NCBI GenBank assembly: GCA_963749265.1
Contig: CAVVML010000030.1
Location: forward strand, 328 to 64,327
DNA from: an uncultured Acidobacteriota bacterium
GTDB taxonomy: Bacteria; Acidobacteriota; Thermoanaerobaculia; UBA5066; Gp7-AA6
Direction: 5' to 3'
DNA: 64,000 nucleotides
Part shown: one piece after another, positions 52,439 through 63,758 of the stretch
Layout of the letters: the number at the start of each line of letters is the position of its first letter
Position numbering within the stretch: position 1 is the stretch's first letter
The notes under the pieces: generated by a model
The model's database searches: none
Seen by the model: only the letters and a program-made list of their open reading frames with translations
Told to the model about the DNA's origin: nothing
Position numbers and translations under genes: made by a program

Positions 52439-53802
52439 GTGCGCCCCTCCGACGCTCTCCTCGACACCATCGTCGCCCCCGCCACGGCGGCGGGGCGCGC
52501 GGCCATCGCGCTCGTGCGCCTGTCCGGCCCCGAGGCGGAGCGCATCCTGCGGTCCCTCGCCCCAAGCCTTCCGGCGGCCGGTCAACTTCGCCCGCGCCGG
52601 CCCTATCTCGCGGCTCTTCGGGACGCGGCGGGCGAAGGGATCGACACGGGGCTTCTGACGTTCTTCTCCGCTCCAGCATCGGTCACGGGCGAAGACGTCG
52701 CCGAGATCTCGGTCCACGGAAGCCCGGCGGTCGTCGAGCGCGTCCTGGAGGCCGCCGTCGCGGCCGGAGCGCGGCCGGCGAAGCCAGGGGAGTTCACCGA
52801 ACGCGCCTTTCGCTCGGGCAAGATCGATCTCGTGCGGGCGGAGGCCGTCCGCGACCTGATCGATTCGAAGACCGCCGCCGCGGCGCGGTTCTCGGCGCGC
52901 CGGCTGGAGGGCGGGCTCTCGCGCCGGCTCGACGCGGTCCGCGAGGACCTCCTCTTCGCCGCCGCGGCGCTCTCGGCCGCCGTGGATTTTTCGGAGGACG
53001 TCGGCACGGAGATCGATCCGCAGACGCTGTCGCATCTCGAGACGGCCGAGCGCGAGCTCGCCCGCCTCGCCGCGACCTATCGGACCGGGCGGCTGCTCTC
53101 CGGAGGCTGTCGCGTCGCGATCCTGGGCCGGCCGAACGCGGGGAAGTCGACCCTCTTCAACGCCCTCGTGGGCTCCGCACGAGCCATCGTGACGGAGATT
53201 CCGGGTACGACGCGCGACGCCCTCGAAGCTCTCGTCGACGTGCGCGGCATTCCCGTGACGCTCGTCGACACGGCGGGCCTGCGTGAGAGCGAGGAGCCCG
53301 TCGAGAAAATCGGCGTGGCCCGGGCTCGCGAAGAAGCGGCAAAAGCGGACGCGATCCTCTACGTCTTCGACGGCTCGGAAGGTTTCTCCGGCGAGGATGC
53401 GCAGGCTCTCGCCGAGATCCCGGAAAAGCCGCGGATTCTGGTGGCCAACAAGGCCGATCGCGGCCGCGCGGAGAATCTTCCCGGCGGATGCGACGCCCGT
53501 CTGCGGCCTCTCTCCGGATGCGGGCGCCAGGCTGTCGGACGCTTCTCGGCGCGCTGATCGCCGAAGACATCCGGACCGAGGAGACTTCGGAGGTCCTCGG
53601 CTCGCTGCGCCAGCGCGATCTCGTCGAGCGTGCGCGAGGGAGCGCGGAGCAGACGATCGCGGCTCTCGAACGCGGCGACTCGCCCGAGTACGCCGTCACG
53701 CACTGCCACGCCGCGCTGGACGCGCTCGCCGACCTCGTGGGCGAGACGACGTCGGACGACGTCCTCGCGCGCCTCTTCTCGACGTTCTGCGTCGGGAAGT
53801 AA
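52439..53802 (+). CDS. mnmE: tRNA modification GTPase MnmE (TrmE); frameshift near 53490
   Basis: DTIVAPAT, PGEFTERAF, GRPNAGKS, GTTRD, DTAG, NKAD and FCVGK. Confidence 0.96.
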
Positions 53803-53805
53803 ACC

Positions 53806-53981
53806 GTCGCCTCCGCGCTCGATTCGGCAATCTGCGAGCATCGGTTCGCGGGGGCCGCGAGCGCGCGACCGCGCGCCAGTCAGCGCGCGCGTTCGCTCCC
53901 GCGGTGCGAGCCTGCGCCTCCGCGCGAGCCGACTCGCCGGTCGCGCCATGAGGCGCAGACTGCCGAGCAAGTGGAGGCGAC
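53806..53981. repeat. 176-bp imperfect multi-branched hairpin element with 9-bp terminal inverted repeats
   Basis: GTCGCCTCC...GGAGGCGAC ends; TCGGCAATCTGCG pairs with CGCAGACTGCCGA; nested GC-rich stems. Confidence 0.65.
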
Positions 53982-53986
53982 TTGGT

Positions 53987-54796
53987 CTACGGAGCCGTCG
54001 CCGGCCAGTGGAGGCCGAGCGCCTTGGCGAGGAACACGGCCATCTGGCCGCGCGTGAGAGGGGAGTCGGGGCAGTAGATGCCGGTGCCGCAGCCGGCCGT
54101 GATCCCCGAGGCCGCGAGCGCCTCGACGAACTGGAAGAACGGGTGCGAGGTGGGAACGTCGTTGAAAGTCGCGGCACCGGGAGCCGGCGTGACCTGGCGG
54201 CGGTAGAGAATGCGAGCGCCGCGAAGGCGGAGATTGGAGGAAAAGTCCGGCATGCCGTTGGTCCCGAAACTGGCGACGAGCACGTAGCTGATGACTTCGG
54301 GGGTCCCGTCGTCATCGGCGTCGCCGTCGTACCGCATCTCGAAGTCCGGCTGAACCGACACCACGGTGTCGCCCGGGGCGCCCGAAGTGGTGCCGCCGAT
54401 CGAACAGTCGCCGCCCGGGCCGGTGCCGTCGGGATCGATCCAGCTTCGGCAGAGGCGAACGTCCATGTCGACATCGGCATCGGCCGAGATCGTCGCGAAC
54501 GAAGAAGTCGATCCGCTCGATGCGCGCGCCGTTGGGAATCATCCCGGAGTGGAGAGGCGCGAAGAACTCGGCTCGATTCCGCCGGTGGGCCGCCGATACG
54601 AGTCGGCGGCGCAGCAGAACGAGAGGTAAGTCTGCAGGGAGCTGGTCGGAAGGAAAGCCACGTGCGACAGCGTCAAGACCTGCAGATCGTCGGTTCCGTA
54701 CCCGCTGCGCGGTGCGGACGCGGGCTGGGCGGCGAGCGGCGCGATTCCGATGGCGGCGAGGAGTACGGCCAGAGCGGCGAGGCGCGCGTGGGACAT
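53987..54796 (-). CDS. Exported protein with C-terminal SLH-like domain; frameshift near 54480
   Basis: Signal peptide; ATFNDVPTSHPFFQFVEALAASGITAGCGTGIYCPDSPLTRGQMAVFLAKALGLHWP. Confidence 0.85.
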
Positions 54797-54883
54797 GGAG
54801 GCCTCCGTTTGGCGTTTGGCGTTTGCGTCAGGCGTTACCCGAGATCGTAGCGCCGGAGCGAAGTCGTGGGAGACAATCCCGGC

Positions 54884-56770
54884 GTGCGATACGAGGTCCT
54901 GGTCATCGGCGGCGGACACGCGGGCATCGAGGCGGCGCATGCGTCGGCTCGCATGGGCCGTCGCACGGCGCTTCTGACCGGGGCGCTCGACGCGATCGGC
55001 CGCATGTCCTGCAACCCGGCGATCGGAGGCCTCGCCAAGGGCCAGCTCGTCCGGGAGATCGACGCGCTCGGCGGGGTCATGGGGGGCCTCGCCGACGCCG
55101 CCGGCATCCAGTTCCGGATCCTCAACCGTTCGCGCGGGCCGGCGGTGTGGGGGCCGCGCGCCCAGTGCGACCGGACCCTCTACGCGAGGCTCGCCCGCGC
55201 GCGCATGGAGGAGACGGAGAACCTGACCGTCCTCCAGGGCATGGCGGAACGCCTCACGACTGCGCGGGGGCGTGTGACCGGAGCGATCACCTCGAACGGC
55301 GAAGCGATCGACGCGGACGCCGTCGTCGTGACGACGGGAACGTTTCTCAACGGCCTCATGCACACGGGAACGCGGCGCACGCCGGGCGGGCGCGTCGGCG
55401 AGCTGGCTTCGGCGGGGCTCTCGGCCTCTCTTGCCTCGCTCGGGCTCGCCCTCGGCCGCTTCAAGACGGGAACGCCTCCGCGCGTGCATCGCGATTCGGT
55501 GGACTACGCCGCGTGCGCGCCGCAGGACGGCGACGATCCGCCGGTTCCGTTCTCGTTCCGGACTGACGTCCGGCGGCTGCCCGCTGCGGCAGGCCAGGCG
55601 CGCTGCTGGCTGACGGCGACGAATCCGCGCGTGCATGCGCTCATCCGCGCCCACCTGCACGAAAGCCCCATGTATTCGGGCCAGATTCACGGCACCGGCC
55701 CGCGCTACTGCCCGTCGGTCGAAGACAAGGTCGTGAAGTTCGCGGAGAAGGAGTCCCACACCATCTTTCTCGAGCCCGACGGTTGGGATTCCGAAGAGAT
55801 CTACATCAACGGCCTCTCGACCTCGCTTCCCGAAGAAGTGCAGCGCGCGATTCTCGACGAGATCCCCGGGCTCTCGAGCGCGGGCATGCTGCGTCCCGGC
55901 TACGCGGTCGAGTACGACGTCGTTTTTCCGGAGCAGCTCGCGCCGACGCTCGAGGCGCTCGAGGTCCCGGGCCTGTTTCTCGGCGGACAGATCAACGGCA
56001 CCTCCGGCTACGAAGAGGCCGCGGCGCAGGGTCTGCTCGCCGGAATCAACGCGGCGCTCGGGGCGCGGGGAGAGGCGCCCTTCGTCCTGGATCGTTCGGA
56101 GGCGTACGCCGCGGTCATGGTGGATGACCTGACGACGAAGGGCGTCGAGGAGCCCTACCGGCTGTTCACCTCGCGAGCCGAGTACCGCTTGCTGCTCGGC
56201 GTGGATACCGTGCTCCCCCGTCTGCTTCCGCACGGACGGCGCCTGGGGCTGATCGACGAAGGGGAGTACCGGACGGCCATGGAGGGCGAGAACAGGATTC
56301 TCCGGGCCGAGGCGGCGCTCCGAGAGCGTGTTTTCAATCCTTCCGCCGCGAACCGTGCGCTCTTCGCTGAGACTCTCGACATTGCGCTCGATGTGCCTGT
56401 ATCCGCGTTTAAACTATTGCAAAGAAAAGACTTATCGTCAATCAAGATCTCGGCCGTTGCCCCGGAGGCCTTCGAGGGGCTCTCGTCCGAAGAACGGAGC
56501 TACCTGGAGAGCCGGGTCCGCTACGAGGGCTACATCCGGCGGGAGAAGGAACGGCTCGAGAGGCTGAAGCCGTTCGAGTCGCGGCCGATCCCCGAAGACT
56601 TCCGTTACGCGGGCCTTCCCGGTCTCTCGCACGAGATCGTCGAAAAGTGCACGCGCAAGCGACCCCGAACCGTCGGCGACGTCGCCCGGCTTCCCGGCGT
56701 GACGCCCGCCGCCGTCGCGATAATCTCGGCGCATGTCGCTCGATTCGGAGGAGGCTCCCAGCCCTCCTGA
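54884..56770 (+). CDS. mnmG: tRNA uridine-5-carboxymethylaminomethyl modification enzyme MnmG (GidA)
   Basis: [33 protein letters not shown] and [16 protein letters not shown]. Confidence 0.98.
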   Translation: MRYEVLVIGGGHAGIEAAHASARMGRRTALLTGALDAIGRMSCNPAIGGLAKGQLVREIDALGGVMGGLADAAGIQFRILNRSRGPAVWGPRAQCDRTLYARLARARMEETENLTVLQGMAERLTTARGRVTGAITSNGEAIDADAVVVTTGTFLNGLMHTGTRRTPGGRVGELASAGLSASLASLGLALGRFKTGTPPRVHRDSVDYAACAPQDGDDPPVPFSFRTDVRRLPAAAGQARCWLTATNPRVHALIRAHLHESPMYSGQIHGTGPRYCPSVEDKVVKFAEKESHTIFLEPDGWDSEEIYINGLSTSLPEEVQRAILDEIPGLSSAGMLRPGYAVEYDVVFPEQLAPTLEALEVPGLFLGGQINGTSGYEEAAAQGLLAGINAALGARGEAPFVLDRSEAYAAVMVDDLTTKGVEEPYRLFTSRAEYRLLLGVDTVLPRLLPHGRRLGLIDEGEYRTAMEGENRILRAEAALRERVFNPSAANRALFAETLDIALDVPVSAFKLLQRKDLSSIKISAVAPEAFEGLSSEERSYLESRVRYEGYIRREKERLERLKPFESRPIPEDFRYAGLPGLSHEIVEKCTRKRPRTVGDVARLPGVTPAAVAIISAHVARFGGGSQPS

Positions 56771-57377
56771 GGCCTTCCGGCGGCTGCTCCAGGACGGGGC
56801 CCGCCGCTTCGAATTGAGCCTCCCCGATCCCGTTCTGGACCTCCTCGCGGCGTACCTGTCCGAGCTCGATGTGTGGCGCCGCAGGGTCAATCTCACCGGC
56901 CGCCTCTCCCCGGCGGAGCTGGGACTCCATGCGCTGGAATCCGTGCTCGGGGCGCAGCTAATTGCTCATGGCGCTAGGGTTGTTGATGTCGGCAGCGGCG
57001 CCGGCTTTCCGGGACTCCCCCTCGCGATCGCTCGCGACGACCTCGCCGTCACCCTCGTCGAGCCCCGCGCCAAACGTTGCGCCTTCCTGCGGCATGTCGT
57101 TCGAACCCTCGGACTGAACAACGTCCAGGTGCTCGAGGCTCGCATCGAGCAGGTCGGCGGGCAGACCTTCGATGTGGCGACGACGAGGGCCGTCGGGCAC
57201 TTTGCCGATTGGCTGGCCGGCACTCCCTTCCTGGACGCTTCCGGCCTCGTGCTGGCCTGGGCAACCGACACGGCCGGTCTCGAGACCGCGCTCGGTCCGA
57301 AGTTCCGCGTTGACGGCGCCATCTCAATTCCCGGTTCCGAAAAGCGCCGCATCGTCGCGTTCCGGCGCTCCATGTAG
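56733..57377 (+). CDS. rsmG: 16S rRNA m7G527 methyltransferase RsmG (GidB)
   Basis: [17 protein letters not shown] and TRAV; follows mnmG. Confidence 0.93.
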   Translation: MSLDSEEAPSPPEAFRRLLQDGARRFELSLPDPVLDLLAAYLSELDVWRRRVNLTGRLSPAELGLHALESVLGAQLIAHGARVVDVGSGAGFPGLPLAIARDDLAVTLVEPRAKRCAFLRHVVRTLGLNNVQVLEARIEQVGGQTFDVATTRAVGHFADWLAGTPFLDASGLVLAWATDTAGLETALGPKFRVDGAISIPGSEKRRIVAFRRSM

Positions 57378-57393
57378 CGTTCCACGTGGAACA
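57378..57393. promoter_or_regulatory. parS centromere site
   Basis: CGTTCCACGTGGAACA, close to consensus TGTTNCACGTGAAACA; upstream of parA. Confidence 0.9.
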
Positions 57394-57446
57394 CTCCCGA
57401 TTTGTCCTTCGGACTTCGGGCGCGAGCGACGATAATCCCCGACCAC

Positions 57447-58211
57447 ATGAGCCGGATCCTCGCGATTACCAACCAGAAGGGCGGCGTCGGAAAGACCACA
57501 ACCGCGATCAACCTGGCAGCCGCGCTCGCCGCCTTCGACAAGAAAGTTCTTCTCGTCGACCTCGACCCCCAGGCCAATGCGACCTCCGGCCTCGGCTTCT
57601 CCAAGCGGGAGGAGGCCACGATCTACGGAGCCCTGCTCTCGGGAAACATGGGTGGCAGCGTCCGCCAATCAAGCTTCGCCAACCTCTGGGTCGTCCCCTC
57701 CGGCCGGGACCTGGTCGGGGCCGAGATCGAGCTCGTCGGGCAGCCCGATCGGGAAGCGAAGCTCCGGTTCGCGCTTGGCCCGGTCCGGGGCACGTACGAC
57801 TTCGTGATCATCGACTGCCCCCCGACTCTGTCGCTTCTGACCGTGAACGCCCTGGCCGCGGCGGACGCGGTCCTGGTGCCGATCCAGACCGAGTACTTCG
57901 CCCTCGAGGGGCTCACGGAGCTGCTCGAGACGGTCGAGCGCGTCCGGAACTCTTTCAACCCTCTTCTCGCCATGGAGGGCATCGTCTTGACGATGTTCGA
58001 TGAGCGGACTAACCTCGCCAGACAGGTCGTCGACGACATCCGCAAGCACTTCGGCGACAAGGTTTTCGAAACCGTGATACCGCGGAACATTCGTCTCGGC
58101 GAGGCGCCGTCCTTCGGCAAGCCGGTCCTTTCCTACGACATCAAGTCGAAGGGCGCCGAGGCCTACCTCGCTCTCGGGCGGGAGCTTTTGAAGCGGCGGG
58201 AGGGCGCATGA
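57447..58211 (+). CDS. parA: Chromosome partitioning ATPase ParA (Soj)
   Basis: NQKGGVGKTT, DLDPQANAT, IDCPP and EAPSFGKP. Confidence 0.97.
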   Translation: MSRILAITNQKGGVGKTTTAINLAAALAAFDKKVLLVDLDPQANATSGLGFSKREEATIYGALLSGNMGGSVRQSSFANLWVVPSGRDLVGAEIELVGQPDREAKLRFALGPVRGTYDFVIIDCPPTLSLLTVNALAAADAVLVPIQTEYFALEGLTELLETVERVRNSFNPLLAMEGIVLTMFDERTNLARQVVDDIRKHFGDKVFETVIPRNIRLGEAPSFGKPVLSYDIKSKGAEAYLALGRELLKRREGA

Positions 58212-59071
58212 CGAGCGGAAAAAAGCCGGCCCTGGGGCGGGGCCTTTCGGCTTTGCTGCCCGGAAAAGACGATGACGTTCCACGTGGAACGCAGCGGGAG
58301 ACCGAGCTCGGCCAACTGAGGCCCTCGAGATTTCAGCCCCGCCGCGACTTCTCGGAGGGCGCTCTGGCCGACCTCGCCCAATCGATCCGGGAGCAGGGGA
58401 TTGTCCAGCCCATCGTCGTGGTCGCCCGAGGTGAAGGTTTCGAGATCGTCGCGGGGGAGCGCCGCTGGCGGGCAGCCAGGCTGGCCGGCCTCGACCGGGT
58501 GCCCATCGTGGTCCGGGAACACACGTCGGATCGGGAGCTCCTCGAGCTGGCTCTCGTCGAGAACCTGCAGCGCGAGGATCTGAACGCGCTCGAAGCCGCC
58601 GAGGCCTACGCGCGTCTCCGCGAGGAGTTCCAGCTCACGCAGGATCAGATCGCCGACCGGGTTGGCAAAGAGCGGGCAACAGTAGCTAACTCATTGAGAC
58701 TATTGAAGTTATCAGCAGTCGTCAAGGATCGTGTCCGCTCGGGAGAGCTTTCGGCCGGGCACGCCAAGGCTCTCCTCGCCCTCGCCTCCGTCGACGACCA
58801 GGAACGACTCGCGGAGGAGATCGTCCGGCGTGCGCTGTCGGTGCGGCAGGCGGAGAAGCGGGCCGCGACGATGGCGGCCGGCGACAAGGTGGTGCGCGAC
58901 AAGCGCCGGGATCCGTTCACGCGCGACGCCGAAGAAAAGCTCACGCGCCGCCTGCAGACGAAGGTCCGCATCGTCCGGAAGCGTCGCGGCGGAAGGATCG
59001 AGCTGTCGTTCGGATCCGAGGAAGAGCTGATCGGTCTGTTCGAGAATCTGATGAAAAACCAGTGGCAGTAG
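58208..59071 (+). CDS. parB: Chromosome partitioning protein ParB (Spo0J)
   Basis: LGRGLSAL, QPRRDF, AGERRWRA, ENLQREDL and HTH. Confidence 0.97.
   Translation: MTSGKKPALGRGLSALLPGKDDDVPRGTQRETELGQLRPSRFQPRRDFSEGALADLAQSIREQGIVQPIVVVARGEGFEIVAGERRWRAARLAGLDRVPIVVREHTSDRELLELALVENLQREDLNALEAAEAYARLREEFQLTQDQIADRVGKERATVANSLRLLKLSAVVKDRVRSGELSAGHAKALLALASVDDQERLAEEIVRRALSVRQAEKRAATMAAGDKVVRDKRRDPFTRDAEEKLTRRLQTKVRIVRKRRGGRIELSFGSEEELIGLFENLMKNQWQ
58276..58291. promoter_or_regulatory. parS site inside parB
   Basis: Perfect 16-bp palindrome CGTTCCACGTGGAACG. Confidence 0.88.
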
Positions 59072-59100
59072 GGACCAGGAGGCAGTAGGGCCTGCCTCCT
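59064..59100. repeat. Short GGCAG(T/G)A heptamer palindrome overlapping the parB stop
   Basis: GGCAGTA..CCAGGA GGCAGTA GGG CCTGCCTCCT. Confidence 0.55.
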
Positions 59101-59122
59101 CGTACCTTTCGAAGGAGATGCC

Positions 59123-59503
59123 ATGAAGACCCGCGGCGACGGCGCAACGCTCGACGGATTCCTCGACAAGGGCAGCCGCTTCAAGGGCGAGCTGTCGTTC
59201 GACGAGACCTTTCGCATCGACGGCAAGTTCGAGGGCACGATTCCCTCCGGAAGCGAGCTCATCCTCGGGGACACCGCCGAAGTCGACGCCCAGATCCGGG
59301 TCGAGCGCATCTCGATCAACGGGACGCTCAAGGGCAGCGTGCACGCCACCGAGCGCATCGAGATCCATCCGCGCGCGCGCGTGACCGCGGATCTGCACGC
59401 GCCGGTGCTGCGGATCGAAGAGGGCGCGTACTTTCAGGGAACCTGCGACATGAGCGGCGACGCGGCGCCGAAGCTTCTGGAGATGCCGGGCACCCGCAAG
59501 TAG
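59123..59503 (+). CDS. Bactofilin (polymer-forming cytoskeletal protein)
   Basis: FRIDGKFEG, INGTLKGSV and LRIEEGAYFQGTC. Confidence 0.92.
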   Translation: MKTRGDGATLDGFLDKGSRFKGELSFDETFRIDGKFEGTIPSGSELILGDTAEVDAQIRVERISINGTLKGSVHATERIEIHPRARVTADLHAPVLRIEEGAYFQGTCDMSGDAAPKLLEMPGTRK

Positions 59504-59509
59504 CTGCCG

Positions 59510-59601
59510 GTCAAGGGTTAAGAGTTGAGAGTTGAGTGTTGAGCGTCGGCGCGCGTCCTGCCGGGCCCCCACGCTTAACTCTCGACGCTCGACACTTGAC
59601 T
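59510..59601. repeat. Palindromic heptamer tandem-repeat element upstream of the atp operon
   Basis: GTCAAGG GTTAAGA GTTGAGA GTTGAGT GTTGAGC ... CTTAACT CTCGACG CTCGACA CTTGACT. Confidence 0.9.
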
Positions 59602-59651
59602 CCCCCTGTGTTATTCATCCGCGGTTCCGCTTACGTCGCCAGGAAATCTCC

Positions 59652-60086
59652 ATGATCGAACTACCCAACGTGACGAGTCTCTATGTGCTTCTTGCCTTCG
59701 GGGTGAGTTACTTCATCCTGAAGAGATACCTCTTCGTTCCTCTCTCGGGGATCCTCGAGGCACGCGAACGTGAAGAGCACGAAGCGCAGAAGGCCTACGC
59801 CGAGAGCCTCGCCGCACTCGAGAAGGCCGTGGCCGCGGGAGAACAGAAGATCGTCCTCGCGCGGCGCGAGGCGCTGAAGACGCGCGAAGATCTTCGCGGC
59901 GAAGGCTCCGCGCTGCTCGAGCAGAAGCTCGCCGAGGCCCGCGCGAAGGCCTCGGAGGAGATCGCTCGCGGCAGCCGCGAGATCGACGCTCAGGCCTCCG
60001 AATCCGCCCGCCAGCTTCCCGAGAAGGCCCGGGGCCTCGCGCGCGAGCTCGCGGAGAAGATCCTCGGCCGAAAGCTCGCCGCGTGA
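59652..60086 (+). CDS. ATP synthase F0 subunit b' (first of two b-type genes)
   Basis: N-terminal TM, YLFVPL..ILEARE and coiled coil. Confidence 0.88.
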   Translation: MIELPNVTSLYVLLAFGVSYFILKRYLFVPLSGILEAREREEHEAQKAYAESLAALEKAVAAGEQKIVLARREALKTREDLRGEGSALLEQKLAEARAKASEEIARGSREIDAQASESARQLPEKARGLARELAEKILGRKLAA

Positions 60087-60646
60087 CCCTGTCCTTTCTT
60101 CCATCCACCGCGCTCGCGACCGCCCTCCTGTCCTCCTCCGAGGAAGGGGAGCATGCGAGCTCTTTCCTGGGCGTGCCGATGACGATCTGGCAGATCGTCA
60201 ACCTGGTCCTGTTTCTCGCCGTGCTGATCTATTTCGTGGCCAAGCCGATGAGCGCGGCCTTTCGAAAGCGCCAGGAGGAGATCGAGGAACGCCGCCGCGA
60301 GGCCGAGAAGCAGAAGGCGTCCGTCGAGCGGCTCTCCGCCGACATCCGCGAGCGCACGGCGAAGCTCGAGCGCGAGATCGAAGAGATCCGGAAGCAGGGA
60401 ATCGTCGAAGGGCAGGCCGCTCGGGCCGAGCTCGCGGCGCGGGCCGACGAGGAAGTGGCTCGCGTCGGCAAGGAATCGAAGGAAGAGATCGAGCGGCGCG
60501 TGGCCGCGGCGCGCGAGCAGCTGCGCCGCGCCGCCGCGGATCTGACGGCGCAGAGCGCCGAAGGGATCCTGTCGCGCGAGATCAACGACGCCGACCGCCA
60601 GCGGCTGCTGACCGAGAGCGTCGAGAAGCTGAAGGCCTCGCGATGA
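60083..60646 (+). CDS. atpF: ATP synthase F0 subunit b
   Basis: WQIVNLVLF...KPM...R and coiled coil. Confidence 0.9.
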   Translation: MTLSFLPSTALATALLSSSEEGEHASSFLGVPMTIWQIVNLVLFLAVLIYFVAKPMSAAFRKRQEEIEERRREAEKQKASVERLSADIRERTAKLEREIEEIRKQGIVEGQAARAELAARADEEVARVGKESKEEIERRVAAAREQLRRAAADLTAQSAEGILSREINDADRQRLLTESVEKLKASR

Positions 60647-61183
60647 GCTTCGCCATGCCGTACGCCAGGGCGTTTCTCGAGACCGCCCCGAAGGGCTACG
60701 ACGTCGAGGCGTTTCTGGCGTCCGCCGGAGACCTCGCCCGCGCGATCGAGAAAGATCCCGCGCTGCGAGCCTTTCTCGCGGCGCCGGCGGTCCCGGAGGA
60801 GGCCAAGCGGAAGGCCATCGCCGAGCTCGCGACGCGCGCGGGCGTCGACGCGTTCGGCGCGCGGTTTCTCGAGCTGCTCTTGAGACACCGGCGCATCCTC
60901 GCGCACGGGCGTCATCCTCCAGGGGGTGCGCAAGAGCTTCGACGCTTCGCGCGGGATGCTCGAGGGCAGCGTCACCGTCGCCGCTCCGATCGGGGACGCC
61001 GAACGGGCGACGATCGAGCAGGCTCTCGGCGCGAAGCTGAACGGCCGGGTGCGTCTGAAAGTCGCGGTCGATCCGAAGATCCTGGGCGGTTTCGTGGCGC
61101 GCGTGGGCTCGAGCGTTTTCGACGCCTCCGCCGCGGCCGGAATTCGCCGTTTCCAGGAGCAAGCGAAAGGAACGGGAGCCTGA
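60643..61183 (+). CDS. atpH: ATP synthase F1 subunit delta; frameshift near 60905
   Basis: PYARAF and [21 protein letters not shown]. Confidence 0.92.
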
Positions 61184-61184
61184 G

Positions 61185-62717
<1,533 letters not shown>

Positions 62718-62742
62718 CCGCCTGAGACCGCCTGACGAACTG

Positions 62743-63630
62743 ATGGCTTCTCTCATCGACATCCGCCGCCGGCTGCGCTCGGTCAAGAGCACGCAGCAGA
62801 TCACCAAGGCCATGAAGATGGTCGCGGCGGCGAAGCTCCGGCGCGCGCAGGACCGGGTCGTCGGTGCCCGCCCCTACGCGAAGCTCCTCTCGGATGTGCT
62901 CGCGCCCGTCACGGCGCAGGCGGGGGAGCTCAAGCACCCGCTCCTCGCGGTGCGACCCGAGAAGAAGGTCATCGTCATGGTCGTCGCGGGAGACCGCGGC
63001 CTCTGCGGCGCCTTCAACACGAACGTCCATCGGGCGACGGCGCATCTGATCGGTTCGCACCCGGAGTGGACCGAGGTGCGCCTGCTCCCGGTCGGGAAGA
63101 AGGCCGTCGAGTACTGGAAGCGCCGCAAGTACCCGTTCACCGAGAAGACGTATCCCGCCATCCTCGGGGATCTCAAGTACGCGCACGCCCGGGAGATCGC
63201 CACCTTCCTCGCGGAGGAGTTCCTGGCCGAGCGCGTCGACGCCGTGTACATCGTCGTCAACGAGTTCCGCTCGATCCTCTCGCAGGTCGTGCAGGTGGGT
63301 AAGCTCCTGCCGCTGTCGACGGAGCAGGCCGCTTCGAAGGACGCCAAGACCCCCGAGAAGGCCGCCCCGCCGGTCGACTACCTCTACGAGCCCGACGCGC
63401 CGTCGATCCTGGCGTGGCTGCTGCCGCGATACCTGGAGTTCACGGTCTACCGCGCGCTCGCCGAGTCCGCCGCGGCCGAGATGGGCGCGCGCATGACGGC
63501 GATGGATTCGGCCTCGAAGAACGCCGGCGAGATCATCGACAAGCTCACGCTGACCTACAACCGCGCCCGCCAGGCGCGCATCACGAAGGAACTGATCGAG
63601 ATTGTGTCGGGCGCGGCCGCGCTGGAGTAG
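62743..63630 (+). CDS. atpG: ATP synthase F1 subunit gamma
   Basis: ITKAMKMV, DRGLCGAFN and NRARQARITKELIEI. Confidence 0.98.
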   Translation: MASLIDIRRRLRSVKSTQQITKAMKMVAAAKLRRAQDRVVGARPYAKLLSDVLAPVTAQAGELKHPLLAVRPEKKVIVMVVAGDRGLCGAFNTNVHRATAHLIGSHPEWTEVRLLPVGKKAVEYWKRRKYPFTEKTYPAILGDLKYAHAREIATFLAEEFLAERVDAVYIVVNEFRSILSQVVQVGKLLPLSTEQAASKDAKTPEKAAPPVDYLYEPDAPSILAWLLPRYLEFTVYRALAESAAAEMGARMTAMDSASKNAGEIIDKLTLTYNRARQARITKELIEIVSGAAALE

Positions 63631-63633
63631 AGA

Positions 63634-63725
63634 AGTCGAAATGTTGAAATGTCGAAGTGTTGAAGGGTCGAGACGTTGACAACGCGTTCAGAGCTTCAAC
63701 GCTTGAACACTTCAACACTTCAACT
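63634..63725. repeat. Palindromic octamer tandem-repeat element between atpG and atpD
   Basis: AGTCGAAA TGTTGAAA TGTCGAAG TGTTGAAG ... CTTCAACG CTTGAACA CTTCAACA CTTCAACT. Confidence 0.9.
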
Positions 63726-63758
63726 TGTAACTCTGAGACCCGGACAGGAGTAAGGCCA

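Noticed and set aside
49131-53557. rpmH-rnpA and jag-mnmE fusion ORFs
   Set aside because: Produced by single-base indels; proper stops and starts exist in neighbouring frames.
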